From Phoronis australis (lineage: Eukaryota > Animalia > Phoronida), in assembly GCA_002633005.1 (NCBI GenBank), contig NMRA01001046.1, forward strand, positions 1 through 64,000: a stretch of 64,000 bases of DNA, read 5' to 3'. Position 1 is the first letter of the stretch; each line of letters starts with the position of its first letter. Under the pieces are notes generated by a model. It made no database searches and was not told the DNA's origin. It saw nothing but the letters and a program-made list of their open reading frames with translations. This document shows, one piece after another, positions 12,419 to 24,271 of this stretch. The translations under genes were made by a program, and so were the position numbers.

Positions 12419-13839
12419 ATACGGTTATAAACTTGCAACGAATATAACTGTACAAGACTTCAAAGTTTTTAAAGTGTACTTTGTACTTTTCAAGCCTCCC
12501 AATAGCTATCTGACGCCCAGAAAATTCTAAATAATCACAATTTTTAAGTAAGTAATTCGAAGTGCCGAATGGAGTAGCGACATCTATAGAATGAAACTGT
12601 AAACGATGGCAAAGCGAATGATGCATGATATCAAAGCCACTGGGGGAAATTCAAGCCAGGCAGATTAAGGGGGACGTGTGAAGGTAGCCGACCACTCGGT
12701 TCACTCTTGACTCTATAGTTGCGACGGCCGGCATGATACTTAGTGAATCTATGGCCGAAGTTATGTCATGGGTTAACAAGAACCTTCAGCGACGGCGCCT
12801 GCGATCACTGAGTTGCGGGCGACGGCGCCTGCACTAATCACTGAGTTAGACCGTTGACATTTTGCTACGATTTTGTTGTGTTAACACCCAAGTGTTTGCA
12901 TTATTGCTTAAGAGATCTTATTGCATGCTCGTAGGCCTACTGCCAGAGCCGACCTGCCCATGACTGTATGCGCGCGGGGGGGCGGTGTCCCGAAGGGCCC
13001 GGCGGGCGGGCGGCGGCCGGTGCCGCTGCCGCGGCGGGAGCCCGCCGGAGTAGGCAAAGGCCGGGTCTGCCGAATTTATTCAGATTACCCTGCCGTACTT
13101 AGTCAATTACCTACACGTAATGCTCTTTTACTTAAAATATTTTTCGCTGAAAATGAAAGATTCACTTGTCAGCTACCTGCGGCACCATAGGCTATATGTA
13201 GCACTAGAAAAAGCTAGGTACCCGGTAGGCCTACGGCACCGGTAACAAGTCTTACTGTTTATAGTATCGAGTGTTTAGTTTTTTTAAACCATCTCGTTCC
13301 TCGTAATATGCTTAATAACACCAGAACCATTCAATATTACCTATATTTACGTTTGGCCACATACGTTTTGATAAAGTCGTGCGGCACTAACCGTGCCACG
13401 TGTCCGTGCAATAATCAATTTAAAGGGTTCATACGGTCAAGTGGCCGTAACAACCATCGTCGAGTGACCAAAACAGAATTAGGCCTACTTTTTCGGCTGG
13501 AATTCCAAAGTTTCAACACGATCAACCACGATTTAAGCTGGGTAAGTTATGTACGTGAAATTACCTTTTCAAAGGATAATTTCATTGAATTAAAATTACT
13601 ATTTCAAAAAACTAAATAAACGTAATACACTGGAGAGCATCATTTTGGTAATTAACATCGTTCTCCTCATAATAAACGAACATTTTTTGCCACTCGGCTT
13701 TTGTTGTCACTCCTTCCTCAAATTTGCCCGTTCACGACAGTTCGTAAACAATGCCTTATGAATCAATTATTTTAATAACAGTGGTAACTGCGGTAGAGTT
13801 CTGTTTTCACTATTGTTTGGTGTAAAACTAACATAACCT

Positions 13840-14025
13840 TACCGGGAATTTCCGTAAATAAGCCCATGGGCGTGTATTCGGAAAATTCATAAATATACCC
13901 CCAACTGTCTAGACACTTGACACCCGCAAGTTGTAACACCAAATAAACATCCAATTGTCATAATTTTCCGAATAAACGCCCATGGGTGTTTCATCGGGTG
14001 GGCTTACCTACGGAAAACCCCGGTA
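13840..14025. mobile_element. Tc1/mariner(pogo)-like MITE flanked by TA
   Basis: ta-ccgggaatttccgtaaataagcccatgggcgtgtattcggaaaatt ... aattttccgaataaacgcccatggg...gggcttacctacggaaaaccccgg-ta. Confidence 0.75.
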
Positions 14026-15864
14026 GAAAAACACGTGCACGTAGTTCAACATAATTACCTGTTGACAATTTTTAACAAATAAATGCAAAAAAGCAGTTAA
14101 GTACTTGAAGCTGATTTAACTCAAACTTTGAAGCTACTGACAGAGCGTCTCAGAAAATTTGTCCGGGTCTATTGGTCGATTCCCAGGATGACAGCCTGTT
14201 TTAAAGGTCGGGGTTCCAGTTTATCGGACTTGTTAGCTGTTGTGAATTTGCGTTAGTCTGTTTTCGACTCCGGGATATCTGTTTTGCACCTGGATTTCAA
14301 TTTTGATGGAACACCTTGTCTATGGCGCGCGTACTTCTGATTGATTCCGATGACACGGCCCGGCGTCTCTGGCATTTGTGGACAGGCTACTTCTCGTTTG
14401 CACGTACGGAACAAAACTATTATACATGTATGTACATGTAGTTTACTCAACCCGCGCGTACAAGCTAGGGCCGGGTCAAGCAATAATTGGTCGGACATCA
14501 AAACCACTTGCTCGGATTTCAAAATCAGCTGTAAGCCTATAGTGGCTGGACTGCAATCCCCAATGTTAGTTTTGGGTGCAGCCAAATTGTTTTCGGAGTA
14601 AGACACGCGTTTTGAAGTCTGGACAACACGTTTGATCACCGGTCATTTCAAATGATTTTGCAAACCAGACAAATGGTTTTGAAGTCCGGGTGAAGAGTGT
14701 CTTTGAAGTCCGACCACTTGTTGACCGCCAACCCCTCTCTTTCGAGAAGTGTGTTACCAATTTTCTTCCAGTAACCAGCTTAATTTCCAGGATGGTGTCT
14801 TTGGTAATCTAGGAATTTCAGCTTTTGACACAAATGTACTCCTCGATCCGACCTTTCCCCCAGTCGGCACTATGTGGGTCTACAATCGTGCTTTGCGCGA
14901 TTGTTTAGGAGACAAAATGTTGCACCACCCGCCTCATGATATCCTAGATCCACCACTGTACTACACGTAACTTTGAGAAGTTTTTTTTTAGTTAGGCCTA
15001 ACAGTTTGTTTTCTCAAACTATATTTACTGCAAAAATTACACGTGTATTTCTGAACTTTCCACTGTCTCCCAAAATTAGCTTGAATCCGCTACCATTCAC
15101 TGAAACTCGGACGAGACGATTAGCCCACACTCGGCTAGAAAAAAAAAACGATTTGTTACGATGCAACACACCTGTAGGTCTTTGATTTGATTTGGTCGCG
15201 TTGTTTTTATTTTCTATTTTTGTCTTTCAAACTTGCTAAATCGCTTCTCGTAATTGCATATACATGTAACAGAGAAGATCCAACCGAGCTCACGACCAGA
15301 CTCGTTGGTCTTGCAAGTCCGCACTCTTAATGTATGTTCAGATCTAGTCGAGCTGTGGGTCGAGGGGGTCGTGGATCGAGGGGATCTTGGTGTGTGGGGT
15401 CGAGAGGGTTTTAGAACAATGCCTAACAGTTTGCTAGCAGTGATTTGGAAGTGGACTCAACGTTTGTTATTTGCTAAGAGCGCGATCTGTCATTTTTCTG
15501 CTAACTCAGAAACCACGTCTCGTCTGCGCACAGTGAAGACGTTGAGGCCAATTTTATAGTGATTCACGGTCGTAACCCAAAAGCTTGCTTCTTAAGCGGA
15601 ACGTCGGTTTATGGCAGCATTAAACTTGTTAGTCAGGGATGGGAGTTGAGGACAGCCAAGTGCGCGGGATAAATGGTGCTCAGAAATGAGATCAAAATGA
15701 CACCTGTGTCATCCAAAACGTAGGGGAGGATAAATTAGAAACAGTTCTGTAATAAGGGTCACTTTTTTCGCTCGCGTCTAGTGTCAAGCGTGCACTTAGA
15801 GTGCATGCCTGCCACTGCTATTAATGTACATTGTTTGGTAAAAACCCAGTTCAATGAGTGGATT

Positions 15865-16357
15865 CATAGACTAGTAAGTGGACAGCCAACTCCGTAGATT
15901 TTTAATGGACAAAGTACACCTGTATGTGATCTTACACATAAGCCGTCACGTCATTATTCACTAGTGACACCTGGCAAAAATAGCAAGCAAGACTTCCGTC
16001 AAGTACGTCGTCTGCTAACCGTGGTTGGCTGTTGTGTGGTCGTTTTTTTTTCGGCCACACAAGCCAAATGTAAGTTTCTAAACACTGAAGTTTGAATTTT
16101 GCAATTACATGACCAGTAGCATTGCCAAAGGTACTCACGATACCAAAAGTTCTACTATTGGAACACTTTGAACAGCGTTTCAATGTCCAAATTAATTTTT
16201 TCGTTGTAGGCATACTTGACAGTAAAATAGATGCGAGAATTTCCCATCGCGATATTCTAACCGGGAACTGAAATTAGTAATCTAGGAGGGTAGCACCTCC
16301 TCTACGAAAATACGCAAGAAACTTTCGGAGTTGCGAATCCATTGTCAAAAATCTATG
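15865..16357 (+). mobile_element. P-superfamily-like MITE (CATAGA termini, 7-bp TSD), copy 1
   Basis: Starts catagac, ends atctatg; perfect direct repeat gtggatt at 15858-15864 and 16358-16364; internal homology to 23242-23657 and 62580-62777. Confidence 0.85.
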
Positions 16358-18349
16358 GTGGATTTCAGTGTTTTTGTCAAAGCACAAAGTATAGAACTAA
16401 TGCACGTGGGACTTAAAACAGACAGGACGCGAGACTAAGTAAAATTGCCCGTAGGATTATATTAAAACATGTCATGCTAAACAAGCACGTGAGTTGACCT
16501 CTATATCCCACGTGAATTGTTACAGATTCAAGCCAATTTATTTTTTTTAGTGCGCGATATGCTAACGTCAATGTATACTTAACGAAAGAAGTTTATGATC
16601 TATCAGTAAGTTCATTTGATGTATGTTGCGCTTGCTGGGTGCTATCAAAACCAGTGTTCGGCAATCGCCAACTCAACTGTCAAGCTCAAGTTGTCTCATT
16701 TATTCGTTTTGATTGAGTGCATGCATGTACACACGGGACACACTCGATATTCTGTGTTAGCGTATGCTTTGAAATGGTTTTAAGGCTAGATATTTCAATA
16801 TTTTTTAAATTCACATCTTATGATTGCCCTCAAATCTTTATATCAACACTAATTGTTTTTCGACAAGTAATGCTGAAAAAAAGAACTTCCTGATACTTGA
16901 TGCACAAGCACCGTGCACAAATTAAACAAACGATTTGAAACTCACTTGTGAAGCATCGAGAGAAAGAAAATGACGTTTCCGTGTACATGTCCTATGAAGC
17001 TTTAGTGCACAGCTGTTCAGTCAATGCAGTGATATCAAAAATAAACAAGAAGTTCCTCGTACACAATACACACGCAGTTTTAAGCTTCACCTAATGTTTG
17101 GCGAGATGACACAAGGCGTAATTTTGGTGTTGGAGTAGCCGGCCAGCTAGCTGTATGAAGACTATCGACCACCCTGAGCGAGTTTTTATTTTCATAAAAA
17201 CAGCTGATGGAAATAATGGCGTTCTTTACGATATGCATACATTAAGTTCACACAAAAACTGCAATTGACTAATCAAATATATTTTTGAACCAACGTAGCA
17301 TCTTTATCGTCGCAAATGCAAAAGTTCAACTTATTGGTGAGAAGTGCACGATTGAGTTTAAAGCATGTTTTTCTTAAACGATGTGCCACTAAAAGTTTTC
17401 TTAAATCCGGTTCATGTAAATTTCTCTTTTTAAGTAGGTACTCGTTTGGGGACGTTTTTTGGGGTATAATGTTTATAAATATCCAATAGATGTCAACATA
17501 AGCCTAGGGTTTACTATTAAAAATCAAACGTAAGTTTTTAATTTGGATGTAAACTAGTATGCAAGCACATTCATTCACGCGTAGAGCAGGCCTAGCCGCA
17601 TTTAACGAGCCACATATTGTACCAGTGCGTATGATTTATTTATGGGGTGCGGGAGGAGTTTCAATCTCAAGCGTGGTTTTCCTCACTTTGTTAGCGTACA
17701 TGTATAAGCGAAAGCGCCTGATTCCGTATATAGGCGTAGCTTCGAATGTAAGCTCATGAGCCTCTAGAAATCACTCGCGTATACGGTAAAAACTTGATAC
17801 TTTTCTGCAACTGAATTTCGTATGAAAAGTTGACACTTAAAAAATACTAGTAACTTTCGCAGAAACTTCAATTCTGACACATGTATGAATGTTCAGATTG
17901 ATTTGCAATGCAAACATACACGTAGAATATTTAACAACGAGGCACAGCAAATCGATCATCACTTGACGTCCCACTCGGCTCGGTCGGAAGAGATTTAGAG
18001 GTCTAAAGCTTCGAAAATTTGGACACAAACATTACTGTACGCGTTTCTATACATCTGCAAATGACGAGTGGTGATGTCATAATGTAGGAATTACCGTAAC
18101 AGTGTTTAGGCCCTAGAGACGTCGTTTGATGATTGTTATATTAAAATGCTGCGTGCGCGAAAACCCCCACACTCTGAAAATGATGCCACTCGGCAATTAG
18201 AATTTTTGAAAAATAGAAAAGGGTAAGATGCATAGATGACTCGTTTAAAGAAGCATCATCGATCAACGAATTTTTCTGATTAGCTGTGCAGCATATGTTT
18301 AGACAACTTAGGCCTACATTAATCAGGTACTGAGCAGTTACTTAAACTG

Positions 18350-18598
18350 GCTACATTTGACCGTCTACTACCATTTTATTAAGTGTATTAATTAAAAGTA
18401 CACATGACCGTCGACCATTTTGTTAATGATATTAAGTTCACTACACGCGACCATCCACCAGTTTGTTAAATGTAGTAAATTGACTACATGCATTTGTCTA
18501 CCATTTTGTTAATTTTATTTAGCTGACTACATTAGACCGTCCAGCATTTTGTTAAGTATAGTAATCTGGCTACACGTGACCGTCTACCATTTTGTTAC
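18350..18598. repeat. ~43-bp minisatellite, 6 diverged copies plus one more near 18974-19000
   Basis: Consensus actacacgtgaccgtctaccattttgttaa(N13) repeated. Confidence 0.85.
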
Positions 18599-18604
18599 AA
18601 GATT

Positions 18605-18960
18605 ACAAAACCCGGCCTTGGCCTATGTTCTCAAAACGACGCTCCCATACAGTTCTCTGAAACAAAGTAATGCTCTCTAACCCTCGACAAACTTCAAATG
18701 TTTGGGGGAAATTTTGAAAACTCCTTTCAAAGTCTACTAAACGGGCAAGCGTGACATATGCTTTTAGCGAATTACACGGCAACTGTGGAAAAGGCCTCCC
18801 TGCACCCCCGACAACAATATCCAATCTGTGAGATTTTAGTTGATTCCTGTCTTTAAGTTGGAAGATTGATGCCAATAATGCATGTGCAGGTGGCAGAACG
18901 AGGTTTGGTGGTAATCATCAAAGCTAGGTTTAAACTTTAGTATCCTTTCTACATACTGTA
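18605..18960 (+). repeat. Old dispersed repeat family (unclassified), copy 1 of 3
   Basis: Shared blocks aaacccgg / aattttgaaaactcctttcaa / ttagcgaattacac / tccaat.t.tgaga / ttgattcc, also seen at ~33915-34260 and ~63700-64000. Confidence 0.7.
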
Positions 18961-21020
18961 CAGTAATTAACCGACTACATGTGACTGCCCACCATTTCAT
19001 TAGAGGAGCATGCCACCCCAAAAACAACCTAATTTGTATCAATTTAGATCGAGTGGTTCTACTCCACAAGGACATGTACGGTTGCGTTACCTGACACCTG
19101 ACGGCAGGCGGAGGTGTTGAAATTATCCAATGACGTCATCGGTTTCACACGCAGTCTGTTCAGCAGTTCACAACACGGGATACTGGTGTCAGCTTATCGT
19201 TTGAAGTCATCATTTAACAACAATAAATCATCAAACTACGATGTAAAACCTTTAAAAATACACCGAATTCTTATAAAAACGTGTTTTTTTTATTTCTCTC
19301 TTATGGATTTATTGGTATTTGGATACCGTAGCCTACCGAAGTTTGGCAGGCCAATAAGGTCCGTAGCAGGAGTTTGGGGTCTGTTCGGAGATAATTTCGA
19401 AGGATTTTTCCGTGAGATACTTACAGGAGAACATAGATCTGTGTTGTTTAGACTTCTGATTTTTTGAGTTCTAAACACAAAACGCTTGTCATCCTGGCCA
19501 GTGGCTCGGAGCCCGATCAGGCCCTTCGCGGCCGCCGCCGGGGCCGGATTGACTGTCCCGGCCAGTGGCTTGGAAACTGTGATCAGACATCGCGAATATA
19601 AACCAGCCAAAGTTCAGTGGAAACTAAACTTCTAGTCAAGAAAATACTATACTAGTGAGCCAAAGTAATTTGCACGTGATTATGTTGGTGAATTAGCCAC
19701 AAAACTGCAAATCTACTTAATCGTCGGGGGCCGCGAATTCAGATTCCGTTTTGGCCACAGCACCGTCAGGGCAGAAGTTGTACATTGACAATGATTATTT
19801 GAGTAATGTAAATGTAAATAAAGATTTGACCTTAACACCTGGCCGTGGCATGGAAATGGAGTTGTTTTACAACAGTTTCTGCCAGCAAACACTAAATCAG
19901 CATGAGCTCACACGGCCTCGGTGTCCCGTCAATTAGTTTTATTGCAGCTAAAGCCGGTAACGCAGTGATTTATTCATTGCTAGATTCTCAAATCATTTGC
20001 ACTCACGAACACTCAAAAGGCATTACAAATTGCATCTAATGAGCCAGACTTTCTCTCATTTTTATATAATATTGGTTAAGGTGAGAATAATTCATTTTGA
20101 AACAGAACGCTCAGTAATAAACGCCAACATGGTAACCGTCGCAATCCTGACTTAGGACGAGCTAGAGCTCACCAGTCCCGACTTCGCAGGTGGATCGAAC
20201 AGGAATACAGTGATGAAGAAATACTACAGAGGCGCCGTGAACAAGCTCAGACAACGGAACGTATGAAGTTATTTGGTAAGCCGGCATTGATCGTCAGACA
20301 CTGTCGACGTCTGCAGGCCACAGTCACGGAGATATTTCATGGCCTCATACTTGCAATTTACAGCGTACATTTAATTCTTCACTACCATGAACCACTTTCT
20401 AAGCATTTCGGACTCTTGAGGAAGTAAAAAAAAAACGATATACCCGCTTTCCTCGCAGTTGCTAAGTTCGGACAAGCGGGAACGATGCACCGCAACATAG
20501 CGGCATTCACTCTGCATATGAACCATTAACGTCGCTAGCGTCTTTTCTCACCTTCCTCACAGGTTAGCGCTACACCTCTTGGCAAGGTAAGGTCGACCGT
20601 ATGCGAGGCGATGTGGATATAGACCGATTAAGACCGCAAAAAAAGACTAATTAAATCGGATGGCATTCTCTTTTAAGTATGCAAAATGTAGTAAGCACTA
20701 TGACAATAGTTCAAAAAAAAAACTTGCTCCTCTGTTTTACTAAAATTTCCACATATATATAATATGGCACATCAATGTCATGGTCTGTTCGATGCATTTT
20801 GTACATTTGTCCCTTGCCTTCTATGCGCAGGTTGTGGGTGACCTTCGCATAAGACAACAGAAAATGCTGTCGATATGTCATTTATTAAGGCTACGTGGAC
20901 ATATTTTCTTCGAAAATAACGACCAGCTACCTTCGTCAGACTAGATCCGCCAGGGATATGATTGAGCGTGCGTGCACACACAGTCAAGCATCTAAACGAA
21001 GACCGAAGTTTTTATTTGAA

Positions 21021-21084
21021 ATGTGACTGTCGGCAACATTTTTGATATTTTGGGGCATGGCCGTCCTTTGTGCTAACAGTATGG
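21021..21084 (+). pseudogene. Candidate signal-peptide exon of the giant Ig gene, with in-frame TGA at codon 2
   Basis: gaaATG TGA CTG TCG GCA ACA TTT TTG ATA TTT TGG GGC ATG GCC GTC CTT TGT GCT AAC AGT ATG G|gtaaag = M*LSATFLIFWGMAVLCANSM; the phase-1 donor matches the next exon. Confidence 0.45.
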
Positions 21085-22030
21085 GTAAAGACTGATATGA
21101 ATGTTCAATGAAACGTTAAAAGAGAAAAAATCCTCTTAACTCGATGCATACTTATTTCCAGTGACACTCAGGGCCACGCTGGTTCATGAAGCCGTCTTTA
21201 TAGCAACCGCTATTGTGGGGATTGGTATGTGCCCAAATTTGAGGCGAAATCATTAACATTATCTGTCAATTGTACCTTAGAGTTTGATGCGCATTCTAAA
21301 GGCCATTTGTTGTACATGCATAATGTCATCAAATTGTATGCACAGTTTTGTAAAACTAGTGATAAACTGAATTTGCAATTTGCCATGTTAAGCTGCCTAA
21401 ATAAAATCGAATTTGTCCCTTACTCTCTGAAATCTGTGTCACAACATTTCGTAGCGTGATATAATTCCCTCCCCCTAACCAAATCAAGTCACAAGAATGC
21501 GAACGTGCAACAATTGCAAATTCGCAATTTTAGGTTTGGGCAAACTTGACATTAACATTTTAAGCATTCTTTGAGACGTTGCTGGTTTTTGATGCTCTTG
21601 GGATGGGAATAGAATCCCGTTATGGTCAGGAATATCTTGACACCTATTGTATGAAAGTAAAAACCGATCCTCGTATTTATCCAGCTAATTAGGGTGAAAC
21701 CTTGCTTGAAATAGTTCTTTCGAACGGCGTTGAAACTAATATTTGATGACGCGGAACTACATGTAGCAATCTGACGCATTTTGTTCCGAAAGTCAAAGTT
21801 TTCGTTGCTTTCCAAATCAACTACTGTTCCAGTTGGCTTACAAATTACTTTACACAAAGCGAAATCTCAAAACTAAAAAATAACGTAATGAGGAATCTTT
21901 AGGACATGTACAAAGATTCTGCAATTGCTACCGCAAGCATTATATTTGCCATCGGCATTATCGTTTTGATTCGCAGTAGCTTAGTGTCAGAAGAAGTGGA
22001 GAATAGGTTCGTCATTGGTCTCTAGGTGGC

Positions 22031-22231
22031 ATTGAAGTATAAGATGATCACAAACTTAGAGACGTGGTGGGTTGTTTTCAGATGTTTCGACCTGGTCCGT
22101 CACGTCTTTGTCATTGAATGAGCGAAAGGCGGGAAATCCCTTATTCATTGATAAAGACCTGTTGGACCACGTCGAAACGTCTACAAACAACCTACCACGT
22201 CTCTAAGGAAGTGAACACCTTATACTACAAT
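22031..22231. mobile_element. ~200-bp palindrome derived from Penelope-like terminal repeats, with hammerhead-like cores on both arms
   Basis: Arms of ~92 bp (attgaagtataagatgatcac...cttagagacgtggt / accacgtctctaag...gtgaacaccttatactacaat). Cores: TGATAAAGAC-n12-GTCGAAACGTC (+) and TGACAAAGAC-n12-GTCGAAACATC (-). Confidence 0.65.
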
Positions 22232-22281
22232 CTTTGAATCGTTTGGAGATGCACATTATTTTGTTTGGCATTTTATAACAG

Positions 22282-22389
22282 CGAATGTTACGACTGTGTC
22301 CATCGCAAGCATACCAACAGCAACGAATCCACCGACACAGACAAGTGCAGTCACCTCACCAATCATTACGAGCACAACACAACCTTCAA
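22282..22389 (+). CDS. Giant IgSF gene: Ser/Thr/Pro-rich (mucin-like) exon
   Basis: ttttataacag|...|gtaagt, 108 nt, phase 1-1, encodes NVTTVSIASIPTATNPPTQTSAVTSPIITSTTQPS. Confidence 0.8.
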
Positions 22390-23241
22390 GTAAGTGTGAC
22401 TACAAACTGTGTTCAAAAAGCCTGTGACAAGAACACTGACGTTCACCGCGATCAATCGGTGGATTTTGTTGAACGAGAATGACCGAGGCGTTTTATGTGG
22501 TAATATAAGTAGGTTTTTATTGAGAATCAAAGCCAACATCAAAATGAAAAGTCGTTCTGTTGGTGAAATGTTCTTACGTTATAGAAAGAAAGGGTGTATT
22601 TCATGGAGATAAAATGTTAATAATGCAACTTTACACAACAGTTCATTTATTAACAGAGAGAGCAACTTTGTATAAGGTATCTTACAATTAGTAACCAAAA
22701 TTTGAGACGTACATGTATGTATGTATGTAACGGGTGCATGTGAGTATTTTCAGTAACCTAAATATAAGACGGATATAACGGCTACACGTGAATATTTTCA
22801 CAAAGCTTGGCGTCATTTGGTATACTTAACAGATCATTATGTGCAGTTTTCTTCTGAAAAGTTTAATTTATGTTAAAAACACTAGATTTTGTTTACCAAC
22901 ACTTCAGCACATTGCAGAATCAGATAAGGCTAAACCTATACATGTATTAACGTTGGCGATCTTGCATTTAAAAATGACTACCTACACATCTTTTGATAAA
23001 ACATGTTCGGACTCAGTGCTTGACATTTAGGTTGATGTCAAGTCGCATTTGGGGACCTGACAATAATCCCAGATCGCCAAAACGAGGGTGGCAAACGAAA
23101 TCGGTGGTGGCCAAAACTGACGTCGGAACCGTTGGCTAAAATGGGGAGGGGGTTGCCGCACTCCAATCTGAGAAAGTTCCGACGCATACATATACCTAAT
23201 CAATTTCTTCCCTTTAGCTTATGTAACATTCCTCTTGACAC

Positions 23242-23657
23242 CTTAGACTACATGTATACCCTGTAGTACATGGACCACCAACTCCGTGTATTTTCATTGG
23301 GCGAAACTCGTGATACTACGTGGCGTCACTATTCATTAGCGACACCTGTCAGGCATAACACGTTTTACTTCCGACAAGTACGTCGTCTGCCAATCATTTC
23401 GCAATTACATGAATACTAGCACTGCCACAAATACTCACGATACCAAGAGTTGTACGACTGGAAGACCTTGAACAGTGTTTCCATGCCGAAATTATTTATT
23501 TTTTTTCGTTGTACTGAACACTAAAATAGATGCAAGAATTTCCATGCCACAATACAGTAACGGGATGCTGAGTTTGCTATGTTTAGAGGGTGGCGGCTCC
23601 TCTAGGATATTACGCAAGAACATGTTGGAGTTGCGAATCTGTTGTCTATAATCTATG
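23242..23657 (+). mobile_element. P-like MITE, copy 2
   Basis: cttagac...atctatg, flanked by ttgacac (23235-23241) / ctgacac (23658-23664); homologous to 15865-16357. Confidence 0.8.
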
Positions 23658-23664
23658 CTGACAC

Positions 23665-23763
23665 CATAGACTATAGACAACAGATTCGCAACTCCGATAT
23701 ATTCTTGCGTAGTATCCTAGAGAAGGCGCCACTCTCCTAATTTACCAACTTCAGTTTCCGGTT
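23665..23763 (-). mobile_element. P-like MITE, truncated inverted copy abutting the TSD of copy 2
   Basis: catagactatagacaacagattcgcaactcc... is the reverse complement of the 3' end of copy 2, forming a ~200-bp palindrome. Confidence 0.8.
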
Positions 23764-23899
23764 TGTGTCTGCTGCTACACGTAGCTTTACTTTCAAATGA
23801 AATGTCAAGAGTAATTATGAACAGGGACTGATTTTAATTGAATATAGCTTTCAAAATCAACACGGTTACCTCAACACTGTTACAACGCATTTCTTTCAG

Positions 23900-24271
23900 T
23901 TGCTGGGTTTCGCATCACACTGACTGGTAATGTCACGTCCGCAGCCATATCACCGAATTCCTCGTACCCGCTAACCTATGGAGCCAATTACTACGTAGCT
24001 TGTGAAACAAACTTCATTCAAGTAGGCGCCACATTTGAGTTCGGTTTTGTGATCACACAAGGAGGCAATTGGTCTATTACCAATCACTCAGAGATGTCTA
24101 GGTTTGGCGCTGGAGCTTTGACAGCACCTCCATATCCGCCGAACAACCTCGCGAATTACTCGGCATCCATAACGTTCACTGCCAACGAAAGCATACACCA
24201 CCGGGAAATAGCTTGCAGAATTAGCGGTGTTTCTGGTACTTTGATGAGAGCCTTTAAGGTGCATTTGAGTG
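23900..24271 (+). CDS. Giant IgSF gene: Ig exon 1 (type A)
   Basis: ttctttcag|...G|gtgagt, 372 nt; YYVAC...FEFGF...SEMSRFGAGAL...ITFTANESIHHREIAC. Confidence 0.88.

Noticed and set aside
12921-13190. GC-rich 89-aa ORF / CpG island
   Set aside because: Low-complexity GC tract without splice or protein features. A similar ggcccttcg/cgaagggcc GC patch at ~19520 suggests a repeat origin.
21906-22025. Hydrophobic short ORF MYKDSAIATASIIFAIGIIVLIRSS as the first exon
   Set aside because: No convincing phase-1 donor (only A|GTAGCT, or phase-2 AG|GTTCGT); kept only as a fallback candidate.
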